Assembly: GCA_051879955.1 (NCBI GenBank)
Contig: JBJENA010000078.1
Span: 1,618-65,617 of the forward strand
Reading direction: 5' to 3'
DNA: 64,000 nt
From: Wujia sp.
GTDB taxonomy: Bacteria; Bacillota; Clostridia; Lachnospirales; Lachnospiraceae
Positions 39,531-48,243 of this stretch are shown in pieces; position 1 is the stretch's first letter, and each line of letters opens with the position of its first letter. The translations under genes were made by a program, and so were the position numbers. The notes below the pieces were generated by a model. The model did not search any database. It had not been told where the DNA came from and saw nothing but the letters and a program-made list of their open reading frames with translations.

Positions 39531-39716
39531 CTAAACTGTATGTATCTTTCTTTTATATTCAATCACCAATTTCATAATATCGTCTGCTGTCTCGGCAACG
39601 ACAAACTTTTTTCCACTGGTTAGCGTAATGACGGTATCCGGTGTTTCCTCAATCTGTTCGATAAGCTCTGCGTTTAAAATCACTTTAGAACCTTTTAATC
39701 TCGTCACTTCAATCAT
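39531..39716 (-). CDS. flbD: FlbD/SwrD family flagellar protein
   Basis: MIEVTRLKG..LNAELIEQIEETPDTVITLTSG. Confidence 0.93.
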   Translation of the reverse strand: MIEVTRLKGSKVILNAELIEQIEETPDTVITLTSGKKFVVAETADDIMKLVIEYKRKIHTV

Positions 39717-39745
39717 TTTCGAACCTCGCTTACCAGATTACATAT

Positions 39746-39797
39746 TTATCGACATTACAATTAGGTTGATTATAGCATAATATCTATTTTATGTCTA
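39746..39797 (-). promoter_or_regulatory. Tandem SigA and putative sigma-28 promoters for flbD-motAB
   Basis: TAGACA-N17-TATAAT with extended TG (39797-39769); TAAT-N15-GTCGATAA (39772-39746). Confidence 0.6.
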
Positions 39798-39807
39798 CAA
39801 AAGACTA

Positions 39808-39856
39808 CAAAAAATAAGATGGGAGAATCTTTCATTTTTCATAAAAGAATCTCCCA
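39808..39856 (-). terminator. Probable terminator after flgE
   Basis: TGGGAGA-T-TCTTT..AAAGA-T-TCTCCCA stem followed by TCTTATTTTTT. Confidence 0.6.
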
Positions 39857-39878
39857 ACTCTTACTTTATATTATTCCA

Positions 39879-41318
39879 TTATCTCTTCAGGTTTACAAGC
39901 TCCTCAAGCATGGAATCTGATGTTGTAATAATTCTCGAATTCGCCTGGAATCCTCTCTGTGTGGTAATCATCTCTGTAAACTCTGCGGAAAGGTCTACGT
40001 TTGACATTTCCAATACACCCTGTGAAATCTTTCCTCCATCTTCATCAATGGATGTTCCAATTCCATCAAAGTATCCGGAGTTCTGCGTAGTTGCATAAAC
40101 ACTGTTACCCAGGGATTCAAGTGCCATTGGATTCGCAAATGTCGCAACAGAAATCTGTCCTAACAGCTTAGTCTCACCATTTGTATATACGCCATACAAT
40201 TTACCGGTTTCATCAATACTTACATCATTGAGTTTACCCATGGAACGTCCACCACCTGTGGAATCAGTCGCACCACGCACCATCTTTGCTGTTGACTGTC
40301 CACTGGATTCATAACGAGTCAGATTTGAAAAATCGATATTAATTCCATCAACCTGCTGTCCGTTAATCACTGATTGGAAGACATCTCCTTTGACTGTCTG
40401 ATCATTCGATGTAATCTTCAAAGTCGCATTCTTTGCACCGTCAGCACCGGCATATACAAACGAACCGGAATCGGCATCAAACTTAAGCTGCAATTTGTTT
40501 GTTTGCTTTATGGTAATATTTCCTGCTGCATCTTTTTCTTCATAAGTCATCGTAGCACTGTAACCACCCGTGCCATTTTCAGCATTATATGGGCCTAAAA
40601 TTTCCACATTATTCGCATCTTTAATTGATTGCAACTCCAGGTTGTACACGGACTTATCATCATAGGCAGGATCCTGTGTCAATTTATATTTTACTGTGTA
40701 GTTATACCCCAACGAATCATAGATGGATACAGAAATAACACCACCATCTACAGATGTCAGATCCGGGTCTGTCATGTCAATATTTCCAGTCATATAGGCT
40801 TGTGTTGTCATCTCCGGAGAAGATACCTTATGCTCTTCTGATTCCGGATACAATGCGGATACGGTATCCTTTCGAATCTGAGTCGGATTATCAGGATCAA
40901 CCTGCCAACCCATAACCTGGTATCCCTGTCCATTTACCAGACAGCCGGAACCATCTACACCAAAGGAACCAACCTTTGTAAAATAATTTGTTCCACCACG
41001 ACCTACTACGAAGAATGCAGAACCAGAAAGCATCATATCGTATGTATTGTTTGTTGTCTGTGCAGAACCACTCTGTGTAATCGATGTCTGAATCGATGCA
41101 GTTTTTGCACCAAGACCAATCTGAGATGCATTCGTACCACCTGTATTGTTCGTTGCACCGGTTGCATTGGATGTGGTCTGATACAACACATCACTAAAAA
41201 GCACCTGCGCTGATTTAAATCCTGTTGTATTCACGTTTGCGATATTATTACCGATAACGTCCATTTTTGTCTGGTGTGTTTTCAATCCGGCAACACCGGA
41301 ATAAAGTGATCTCATCAT
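39879..41318 (-). CDS. flgE: Flagellar hook protein FlgE
   Basis: MMRSLYSGVAGLKTHQTKMDVIGNNIANVNTTGFK; LEMSNVDLSAEFTEMITTQRGFQANSR. Confidence 0.96.
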   Translation of the reverse strand: MMRSLYSGVAGLKTHQTKMDVIGNNIANVNTTGFKSAQVLFSDVLYQTTSNATGATNNTGGTNASQIGLGAKTASIQTSITQSGSAQTTNNTYDMMLSGSAFFVVGRGGTNYFTKVGSFGVDGSGCLVNGQGYQVMGWQVDPDNPTQIRKDTVSALYPESEEHKVSSPEMTTQAYMTGNIDMTDPDLTSVDGGVISVSIYDSLGYNYTVKYKLTQDPAYDDKSVYNLELQSIKDANNVEILGPYNAENGTGGYSATMTYEEKDAAGNITIKQTNKLQLKFDADSGSFVYAGADGAKNATLKITSNDQTVKGDVFQSVINGQQVDGINIDFSNLTRYESSGQSTAKMVRGATDSTGGGRSMGKLNDVSIDETGKLYGVYTNGETKLLGQISVATFANPMALESLGNSVYATTQNSGYFDGIGTSIDEDGGKISQGVLEMSNVDLSAEFTEMITTQRGFQANSRIITTSDSMLEELVNLKR

Positions 41319-41342
41319 AATTTTTGACCTCCATTTTCTAGA

Positions 41343-41394
41343 TTGTTCTCTTCTGTCATTCCGAGAACAAAAGCCTCCTGTACGGTCCGGCTTT
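41343..41394 (-). ncRNA. Candidate structured cis-regulatory RNA between the TIGR02530 gene and flgE
   Basis: AAAGCC-GGA-CC-GTACA-GG-A-GGCTTT then TTGTTCTC-GGAATGACAGAA-GAGAACAA; no U-tract after the second stem; ends about 10 nt before the flgE SD. Confidence 0.55.
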
Positions 41395-41788
41395 ATACTA
41401 TCACTGCGCCATCAATATTTGTAAATACAGCATCCTCTTCTCCCTGCTGCATAGCGGTAACTACCGTATTGTTTTTAACATTCACTATAAATGCAAGATT
41501 GTCCATCATAACCAGAGATTCCTGAATCTTCTTTGTTCTCGCTCTGTCTATACCTGAATTTAATCTTTCAAGCTGCGTATCGGACAATTCAATATTTCTG
41601 GTTTGTAACCGCTGATTGGCATGTTTGGAGAATTTAACGCCTTGAGACTGTTTCTCTGTCTGTTCTAAAACTTTGGCAAAACTGTTCTCTTCTTCCGTAT
41701 CGGATACCGGTTGAATCGGGTTTGCCTGTTTTAAATAGAGGTTTGCAGCCTGCGTCATGGATAAAAATCCGGCTTCATAAGCCTTCAT
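41393..41788 (-). CDS. TIGR02530-family flagellar operon protein
   Basis: SFAKVL, VKFSKHANQRLQTRNI, IVNVKNNTVVTAM, VFTNIDGAVI; between flgD and flgE; start at 41788 has a GGAGAGG RBS. Confidence 0.9.
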   Translation of the reverse strand: MKAYEAGFLSMTQAANLYLKQANPIQPVSDTEEENSFAKVLEQTEKQSQGVKFSKHANQRLQTRNIELSDTQLERLNSGIDRARTKKIQESLVMMDNLAFIVNVKNNTVVTAMQQGEEDAVFTNIDGAVIV

Positions 41789-41818
41789 GGCCATCCTCTC
41801 CTTCCCAATCATGTCTTC

Positions 41819-42343
41819 CTACGTTTCCTTTGGTGCTTCTGTATTCTTATCTGCTTCGCCCTTATTTACCGCATCCTGATCGATGGTTCCATCTTCTTTC
41901 AGATGTTCTTGCAGATACAGATAGTAATCATAATCTACTACAGAATCCAAATCCTCAGCCGGATAGTAGGTATCGTTGATGGATAAATATACATCTCCAT
42001 CCTTTACCGTCGCATACTCTACCAAACCACTAATCATGCTACTTGCTCCGGAAGCATCTGTTGTATTCATGATTACATACTGACCAACGAGATTCAAACT
42101 GTTTCCACGTTCCAATGTCTCACTGATATTCATCTGTGCTTCCAATGATGAATATTGTGCCAACTGTGACATATACTGTGTACTATCACTCGGATTAAGC
42201 GGATCCTGATATTGCATCTGTGTTACAAGCAACTGTAAAAAGGCTTCTTTATCCAAATCACCACTTTGTGACTTTCCCTTTGAAGATGCCTGATAGCTGT
42301 TTGATGTGTTCGCGATTCCGCTTACTACTGATTCAACCGCCAT
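41819..42343 (-). CDS. flgD: Flagellar hook capping protein FlgD
   Basis: LDKEAFLQLLVTQMQYQDPLNP, QLAQYSSLE motifs. Confidence 0.96.
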   Translation of the reverse strand: MAVESVVSGIANTSNSYQASSKGKSQSGDLDKEAFLQLLVTQMQYQDPLNPSDSTQYMSQLAQYSSLEAQMNISETLERGNSLNLVGQYVIMNTTDASGASSMISGLVEYATVKDGDVYLSINDTYYPAEDLDSVVDYDYYLYLQEHLKEDGTIDQDAVNKGEADKNTEAPKET

Positions 42344-42364
42344 AATCGTCCTCCTTTCTCCTGT

Positions 42365-43813
42365 TTATGCTCTGTAACTAACCTGGTTTCCGTTTGCTCT
42401 CATAAGCTCCACTTCCACCTGTTCTTCCTCACTTATTTCATCGTCAGAAATCGCATTTAAGTTAATACCACCTTGCAAATTCCTTTGTTTCTCCTGCTGT
42501 GCAAATTCGTCATTTTGACCTTCCGGATTTGCAAAAAACTCTTCTGCGCCAACCATAACTTCAATCGCATCCACCTTTAAGCTTCGATCCTCAAAGGTTT
42601 CCTTCAACAGCGAAAGGCCTGTTTCAATCGCATGCTTTGCTGCCTCATTTTCTGCTATAATTCGTGCTTGCATGACACCTTCATGTTCCGTTACATGAAT
42701 CTGTACCTTTCCAAGTTCCTGTGGATACAATTGCAATGTCAAAGATGTAACATCCTTAGACATCTGTACCTTGACTTGTTCCACAACCTGTTGAACAATA
42801 TCCAATGGCTGATAGTCTGCCATTCCAAGTTCTTCCTGCACATTGGATACATCCATCACCTGCCCGACAGCCTGTTCCAATTGAAACATCATGTCTGTAT
42901 GCTGGCCTTGATTTGAAAAATGCTGTCCACTGCGACTAAATGTCCCATCCTCTGTTTTTATCTGAACGAAACCTTCAGATTCTTTCTGTGTACGCTGTAC
43001 ATTTTGCGTGTCATCAACTTTTGTTTCTTCCCGTTTCACATTTGTGCTTTCATCTGCTAAAGCAACTGCTTCTTCCGATTGCTGAATCTTGGATTCTACA
43101 TTTTCAAGCTGAATTTCTGTTGCACCATCATCCATCACAGCTTCTGTCTGTACAAAATCCACATCCTGCAAATCGGATTGATCCAGGCTGCCACCCTGAA
43201 GTACTTCTTCGAACTGATTCATAATCTCTGTGATTTGTGCATTCAATTGCTCATTTGTAAGCAAATCCAGCTGAGAGACATCTTTTACTTCCATCACAAG
43301 CTGCTGCAACACATCCGGATTGAGCAAATCCTGCACTGTCACACCTTGTTCCTGCAAAAAACTTTCAATCTGTTGCATATCAACACCGAGCAAATTCATA
43401 ATTGCATCGAGTACGGCAGTTTCCTGATTACCGATTTCTTCTGTATCATTCTTATCCTTTGTTTGTGCTGTTGAAATCTTTTTTTCATCACCGGAAACAG
43501 CACCATCAACAGATTCTTTGTTGTCACCTTCTTTGTTATCAGGTTCTTTTTTCTGCTTTGTCTGGTAATTTTTATTTACCTGCTGTGAATCAGTCTCATT
43601 TGTGGTTTTACCCTGCACATCCATCATCTCAGAATCCGTTTCAACCATTGTCTTTGACGGACGATCGTTTGTGATCTGAGATTGCTGTGCGATATTCATC
43701 AGACTCGAAAATGCATCTGCTGCTTTTTCATCTTTTGCTTTTGATTTTGAAGAAGCTGTTGTAACATCCACATTTCCAATTCCTCGGGTTTGGATACCTA
43801 TCAACATCCGCAT
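42365..43813 (-). CDS. fliK: Flagellar hook-length control protein FliK
   Basis: Low-complexity N-terminus; C-terminal LQLYPQELGKVQI T3S4 motif. Confidence 0.9.
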   Translation of the reverse strand: MRMLIGIQTRGIGNVDVTTASSKSKAKDEKAADAFSSLMNIAQQSQITNDRPSKTMVETDSEMMDVQGKTTNETDSQQVNKNYQTKQKKEPDNKEGDNKESVDGAVSGDEKKISTAQTKDKNDTEEIGNQETAVLDAIMNLLGVDMQQIESFLQEQGVTVQDLLNPDVLQQLVMEVKDVSQLDLLTNEQLNAQITEIMNQFEEVLQGGSLDQSDLQDVDFVQTEAVMDDGATEIQLENVESKIQQSEEAVALADESTNVKREETKVDDTQNVQRTQKESEGFVQIKTEDGTFSRSGQHFSNQGQHTDMMFQLEQAVGQVMDVSNVQEELGMADYQPLDIVQQVVEQVKVQMSKDVTSLTLQLYPQELGKVQIHVTEHEGVMQARIIAENEAAKHAIETGLSLLKETFEDRSLKVDAIEVMVGAEEFFANPEGQNDEFAQQEKQRNLQGGINLNAISDDEISEEEQVEVELMRANGNQVSYRA

Positions 43814-43829
43814 ACCTCCTTTTTTTTAA

Positions 43830-44555
43830 TTAAGGCATTAATTTCTTGGTAACTGCGGCCGCAAAACCCGGTTCCATCTCTGCCAGGATTTTCCCCTTTG
43901 ACTCTGCATTCATCTGATTCAAAATCAAAGCCACTGTATCCAAATCATTTCCCATGCTTGTAATGATATCTGCAGCATTTTTGGCATCCATCGCTTCATA
44001 GGACTTCGCCATTTCCTTGATTTTGTTATCCACCTGTTCTCCGGCTAAAATATCCCGGTAGATGGCCTCTGCTTTTTCCGCATCCAATTCATTATACCAT
44101 TCTTTATATGTATCGGTATCCGGAGCGGTTTCTCCATAGACTATTTCGTCATAAAATTTATTTTTTTGCTCTTCAAACTTCGTTTTTTCTTCTTCCAACG
44201 CAGAAAGTCGATTATTTTCTTCCTGCAGTTCCTCGTTTTTGTCTTTCAATGCAACAATTTCCGCATCCCGGTTTCCTATTGTCTCATCCATCACTTTAAT
44301 CTGCGCCAATGCATCTGCCAGATTATCATACGGATAGTCATCCTCAAGCGCAATTTCTTCGTCTGACGCGTCCGGCAATATCGTCTTTATCACAGGAACA
44401 TCCTTAAATACCGGTCGCAAAACCTTGCTGCCAAAGCCTCCCACATCACACTTAATCAACAAACACATCACAGACAACCATGTTGTAAGGATTAAAATCG
44501 CAATTAAAAAACCGATTCCTTTATTTCCGCCTTTTTTTTCTTTATCCTTTGCCAT
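43830..44555 (-). CDS. MotE/YlxF-like protein (TM, coiled coil, MgtE_N-like helices)
   Basis: YEAMDAKNAADII..ILNQMNAESKGKILAEMEP; position between fliJ and fliK. Confidence 0.75.
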   Translation of the reverse strand: MAKDKEKKGGNKGIGFLIAILILTTWLSVMCLLIKCDVGGFGSKVLRPVFKDVPVIKTILPDASDEEIALEDDYPYDNLADALAQIKVMDETIGNRDAEIVALKDKNEELQEENNRLSALEEEKTKFEEQKNKFYDEIVYGETAPDTDTYKEWYNELDAEKAEAIYRDILAGEQVDNKIKEMAKSYEAMDAKNAADIITSMGNDLDTVALILNQMNAESKGKILAEMEPGFAAAVTKKLMP

Positions 44556-44558
44556 AAC

Positions 44559-45011
44559 CTATCCCTCTTTTTCTGTATTCAAGAACATATAACCTGCCAC
44601 TTCATCCGTTTCCCTCTTTTCTGTCTCATTGAGTTCCACTAAGAATTGAGCAAATTTTTTCTCTTTTAATTTCTCATGCATTTTTCGTTCCTGCATCTCT
44701 TTTGCCATTTTTTGTCTTGCAAGCTCTACTTGTTTACTACAATTACGAATCACATCTTCCTGCTGCTGTATATGCAAATCCATAATATCCATTGCATTCG
44801 CATTCTCTTCAATCACAAGAAAATCCAATTTTCCCTGTATACTATCCTGGTAAGCATGATAATACTCCTGTCTGCGCAACACAAGGGCCTGCAACACCGC
44901 TTCTTCCTTCTGCAAGTTTGCAACCGCCTGTGCATATTCCTGCTTTGCAGTTTCTTCCATCTTCATTTTGATATCCAGGATATTTTGCATTCGATATGTA
45001 AACTTTGCCAT
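44559..45011 (-). CDS. fliJ: Flagellar export protein FliJ
   Basis: MAKFTYRMQNILDIK, coiled coil, EKRETDE; follows fliI. Confidence 0.93.
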   Translation of the reverse strand: MAKFTYRMQNILDIKMKMEETAKQEYAQAVANLQKEEAVLQALVLRRQEYYHAYQDSIQGKLDFLVIEENANAMDIMDLHIQQQEDVIRNCSKQVELARQKMAKEMQERKMHEKLKEKKFAQFLVELNETEKRETDEVAGYMFLNTEKEG

Positions 45012-45044
45012 ATCTTTCCCTTTCCGATTATACAGATTCTATGA

Positions 45045-46355
45045 TTATTCAAACAATCCCTGTAATTGTTGCAATTCATCCTCCAGTAGGAACTTGCTGT
45101 CTACTTCCTGCATCAAAAAATCGTTTACCCGGTCAATCTTTGTAATCGCATAATCGATATCTTTATTTGAACCTGATTTGTATGCTCCGATATTGATCAA
45201 ATCCTCAGCGTCTGCATATGTTGCCAGAACATTTTTCAACTTTCCTGCTGCTGTTTTGTGTTCCTTGCTTGCAATCGCACTCATACAACGCGAAATACTA
45301 GCCATCACATCAATAGCCGGATAATGATTCTTATGTGCAAGTGAACGAGACAGCACAATATGACCATCCAGAATACCTCGCGCAGTATCCGTTATCGGTT
45401 CATTAAAATCATCACCATCTACCAAGACTGTATATAATCCGGTGATAGAGCCTTCCTGCGTATTTCCGGCGCGCTCCAACAGTTTTGGAAGCTCCGCATA
45501 TACAGAAGGCGGATACCCTCTGGTAACAGGTGGTTCTCCAATTGCAAGTCCAATCTCTCTTTGCGCCATCGAAAAACGGGTCAGTGAATCCATCATCAAC
45601 AACACGTCTTTTCCCTGATCACGAAAATACTCGGCAATTGCCGTTGCTGTCTTTGCAGCTTTATTTCGTATCAAAGCCGGTTTATCCGAGGTGGCGATTA
45701 CGAGTACAGAACGTTTCAATCCTTCTTCCCCCAAATCTCGGGCTATAAACTCTCCAACCTCTCTGCCACGCTCTCCAATCAAGGCTATCACATTGATATC
45801 TGCCTGTGTATTTCTTGCAAACATACCAAGCAAGGTACTTTTACCTACTCCACTACCTGCAAAAATTCCAATTCTCTGTCCTTTTCCCAATGTAAGCAAT
45901 CCATCAACAGCCTTTACACCAAGTGGCAAAATCTCTGAAATCAGTTTTCTTTTCAACGGGTCCGGTGATGCAGCATCAATCGGATAAGCATCGGTTCCCT
46001 CCAGTGTACTGCCATCCATAGGTCGTCCGATTCCGTCTAAAACCTTACCCAAAAGATGTTCCCCAACCGGAACCCGAAGTACATCGTTCGTATTTCGAAC
46101 CGTTGCACCCAGTCCAATTCCATCTACACTGTCAAATGGCATAAGCAACACCTTATTATCTCGAAAGCCTGTTACCTCTGCCATCACTCGGGTATTACCA
46201 TCCTTCGAGATAATCTCGCACAAATCATTCAGCTTTGCAGGAGGACCAACACTTTCAATTGTCAATCCAACCACCTTGCTTACCTTTCCGTAATGGATGC
46301 TGTAATCCCGCTCCAATAGCACTTTGTACTTGTCGATATCAAACATTTTACGCAT
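45045..46355 (-). CDS. fliI: Flagellar export ATPase FliI
   Basis: [39 protein letters not shown] motifs. Confidence 0.98.
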   Translation of the reverse strand: MRKMFDIDKYKVLLERDYSIHYGKVSKVVGLTIESVGPPAKLNDLCEIISKDGNTRVMAEVTGFRDNKVLLMPFDSVDGIGLGATVRNTNDVLRVPVGEHLLGKVLDGIGRPMDGSTLEGTDAYPIDAASPDPLKRKLISEILPLGVKAVDGLLTLGKGQRIGIFAGSGVGKSTLLGMFARNTQADINVIALIGERGREVGEFIARDLGEEGLKRSVLVIATSDKPALIRNKAAKTATAIAEYFRDQGKDVLLMMDSLTRFSMAQREIGLAIGEPPVTRGYPPSVYAELPKLLERAGNTQEGSITGLYTVLVDGDDFNEPITDTARGILDGHIVLSRSLAHKNHYPAIDVMASISRCMSAIASKEHKTAAGKLKNVLATYADAEDLINIGAYKSGSNKDIDYAITKIDRVNDFLMQEVDSKFLLEDELQQLQGLFE

Positions 46356-46405
46356 TTATATATCCTTCACACAAGAAGGCTACATATCTTTCCATATGTA
46401 GCCTT

Positions 46406-47224
46406 CTAATTCTCATTTCCTTCTGACAGCAGTTTGATTGCCGTAATCAAATTTCGAACCTGGACATCCATCGATAAATCAACTATTCCGGTATCGGATT
46501 CAATCTGACATTGTCCACTCGAAAGCTTTGCATCTGCGAATATTTCGATTTTGATACCCGGATTTGCCGCTTTATCCAAACGATCCTGATTATCCGCAAT
46601 ATAAGCATACTTGTCCTCTGAAACACGGATTACAAACTTCCTGGAAGCCTCATCTTCACTGAGCACGCGATTAATCATATGCAACAAAACCGGTTGATAA
46701 TCTTTTACCAAAATCCCTGTCATCTTTTCTATCAAATCACAGGCAAGCTCCACAATTTCATACTGTGTCTGCTGTATGCTTTCCGACATTTCCAGTTCGA
46801 GAGCTTCGATTTTTTGTTCCTGTTCCCGGTTCAATTGTTCCAGGTACACATCCGCTCTGCGCATGGCTTCCATATTCCCTTCTTCCAGGCCTTTTGCGTA
46901 TGCTTCTTCGTAAGCCTGTGTGCGGATTTGTTCTGCCATCTCCTTCGCCTGTTCAATAATCGAATTTGCACGCTCTCTCGCATCATCCTGTATCAGCTTT
47001 GCTTTTTCCATCGCGTCCCCAAGCAACTCTTCGTTTTCCGGTGGCACGACTTCCTCTACGGTAGCTGCAAGCCCCTGCGCAAATCCATCCTCATCCTTCT
47101 TCGGAACCGGACGTATGATTTTATTTTTAGGTGGTTCAATCACACGTTTATTCGCATCAATCACAAACGGCTCCGCCTGTATGGTGTTTACACCCGGAAA
47201 ACCGGATTTAAATAGATTAGACAA
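46406..47224 (-). CDS. fliH: Flagellar export protein FliH
   Basis: AYEEAYAKGLEEG repeats, GQCQIESDTGIVD; probable TTG start at 47224 overlapping the fliG end. Confidence 0.88.
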   Translation of the reverse strand: MSNLFKSGFPGVNTIQAEPFVIDANKRVIEPPKNKIIRPVPKKDEDGFAQGLAATVEEVVPPENEELLGDAMEKAKLIQDDARERANSIIEQAKEMAEQIRTQAYEEAYAKGLEEGNMEAMRRADVYLEQLNREQEQKIEALELEMSESIQQTQYEIVELACDLIEKMTGILVKDYQPVLLHMINRVLSEDEASRKFVIRVSEDKYAYIADNQDRLDKAANPGIKIEIFADAKLSSGQCQIESDTGIVDLSMDVQVRNLITAIKLLSEGNEN

Positions 47225-48239
47225 CGATCTCGTCACCTCCACCACGAGAAATTACAATTTCTCCTGAATCCTCGAGCTTTCGAATGATATTTACAATCTT
47301 CTGCTGTGCATCCTCAACGTCCTTCAAACGAACCGGACCCATAAATTCCATATCCTCCTTGATCATACTTGCCAATCGAGATGACAAGTTGTCAAAGATA
47401 ATCTTTTGTACATCTTCGTTTGCATTCTTAAGCGCAATCGCAAGCTCATTGTTTTCAACCTCTCGCAAAACAGTCTGAATGGCACGATTATCCAACAACA
47501 AAATATCTTCGAACACAAACATCTTTCTACGAATCTCATCTGCCAATTCCGGCTCTTCGATTTCGAGATTTTCCATAATATGTTTCTCAGTACTTCTGTC
47601 AACGGTATTCAAAATATTAACGATGGAATCTACACCACCAACAATTGTGTAATCCTGATTTACCAAAGAAGCCAGTTTCTTTTCCAAAACCTTTTCCACT
47701 TCCTTTATGACGTCCGGACTGGTTCGATCCATCATCGCAATTCTTCTCGCTACATCCGCCTGTTTTTCCGGTGCCAAAGCGCTCACAACCGCTGCAGCCT
47801 GTGCAGATGGAAGGTAGGCAAGAATCAAAGCAATGGTCTGTGGATGCTCATCCTGAATAAAGTTCAACAGCTGGCTGGCATCTGCTTTTCTTGCGAATTC
47901 GAAAGGACGCACCTGCAAAGAAGCTGTCAATCTACCGATGACATCACGCGCACGATCTTCGCCCAAAGCCTTGTCCAGCAATTCCTTCGCGTAAGCAATA
48001 CCACCTTCTGCGATGTACTGCTGTGCCAGACATACTTCATAGAATTCATCCAAAACCTGGTCTTTCAAATCGGAAGGAACACTTTTGGTGTTTGCAATCT
48101 CCAATGTCAAAGATTCAATTTCATCATCTTTCAGATGCTGGAACACCTTTGCAGAACGCTCTGGTCCCAAAGCAATCAGCAAAATTGCCGCTTTTTGAAT
48201 TCCAGTCACCTCTACAGGTGTATTTACTCCAACTGCCAT
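47217..48239 (-). CDS. fliG: Flagellar motor switch protein FliG
   Basis: QKAAILL, EHPQTIALIL, MFVFEDI, GPVRLKDVEDAQ motifs. Confidence 0.99.
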   Translation of the reverse strand: MAVGVNTPVEVTGIQKAAILLIALGPERSAKVFQHLKDDEIESLTLEIANTKSVPSDLKDQVLDEFYEVCLAQQYIAEGGIAYAKELLDKALGEDRARDVIGRLTASLQVRPFEFARKADASQLLNFIQDEHPQTIALILAYLPSAQAAAVVSALAPEKQADVARRIAMMDRTSPDVIKEVEKVLEKKLASLVNQDYTIVGGVDSIVNILNTVDRSTEKHIMENLEIEEPELADEIRRKMFVFEDILLLDNRAIQTVLREVENNELAIALKNANEDVQKIIFDNLSSRLASMIKEDMEFMGPVRLKDVEDAQQKIVNIIRKLEDSGEIVISRGGGDEIVV

Positions 48240-48243
48240 CTTA

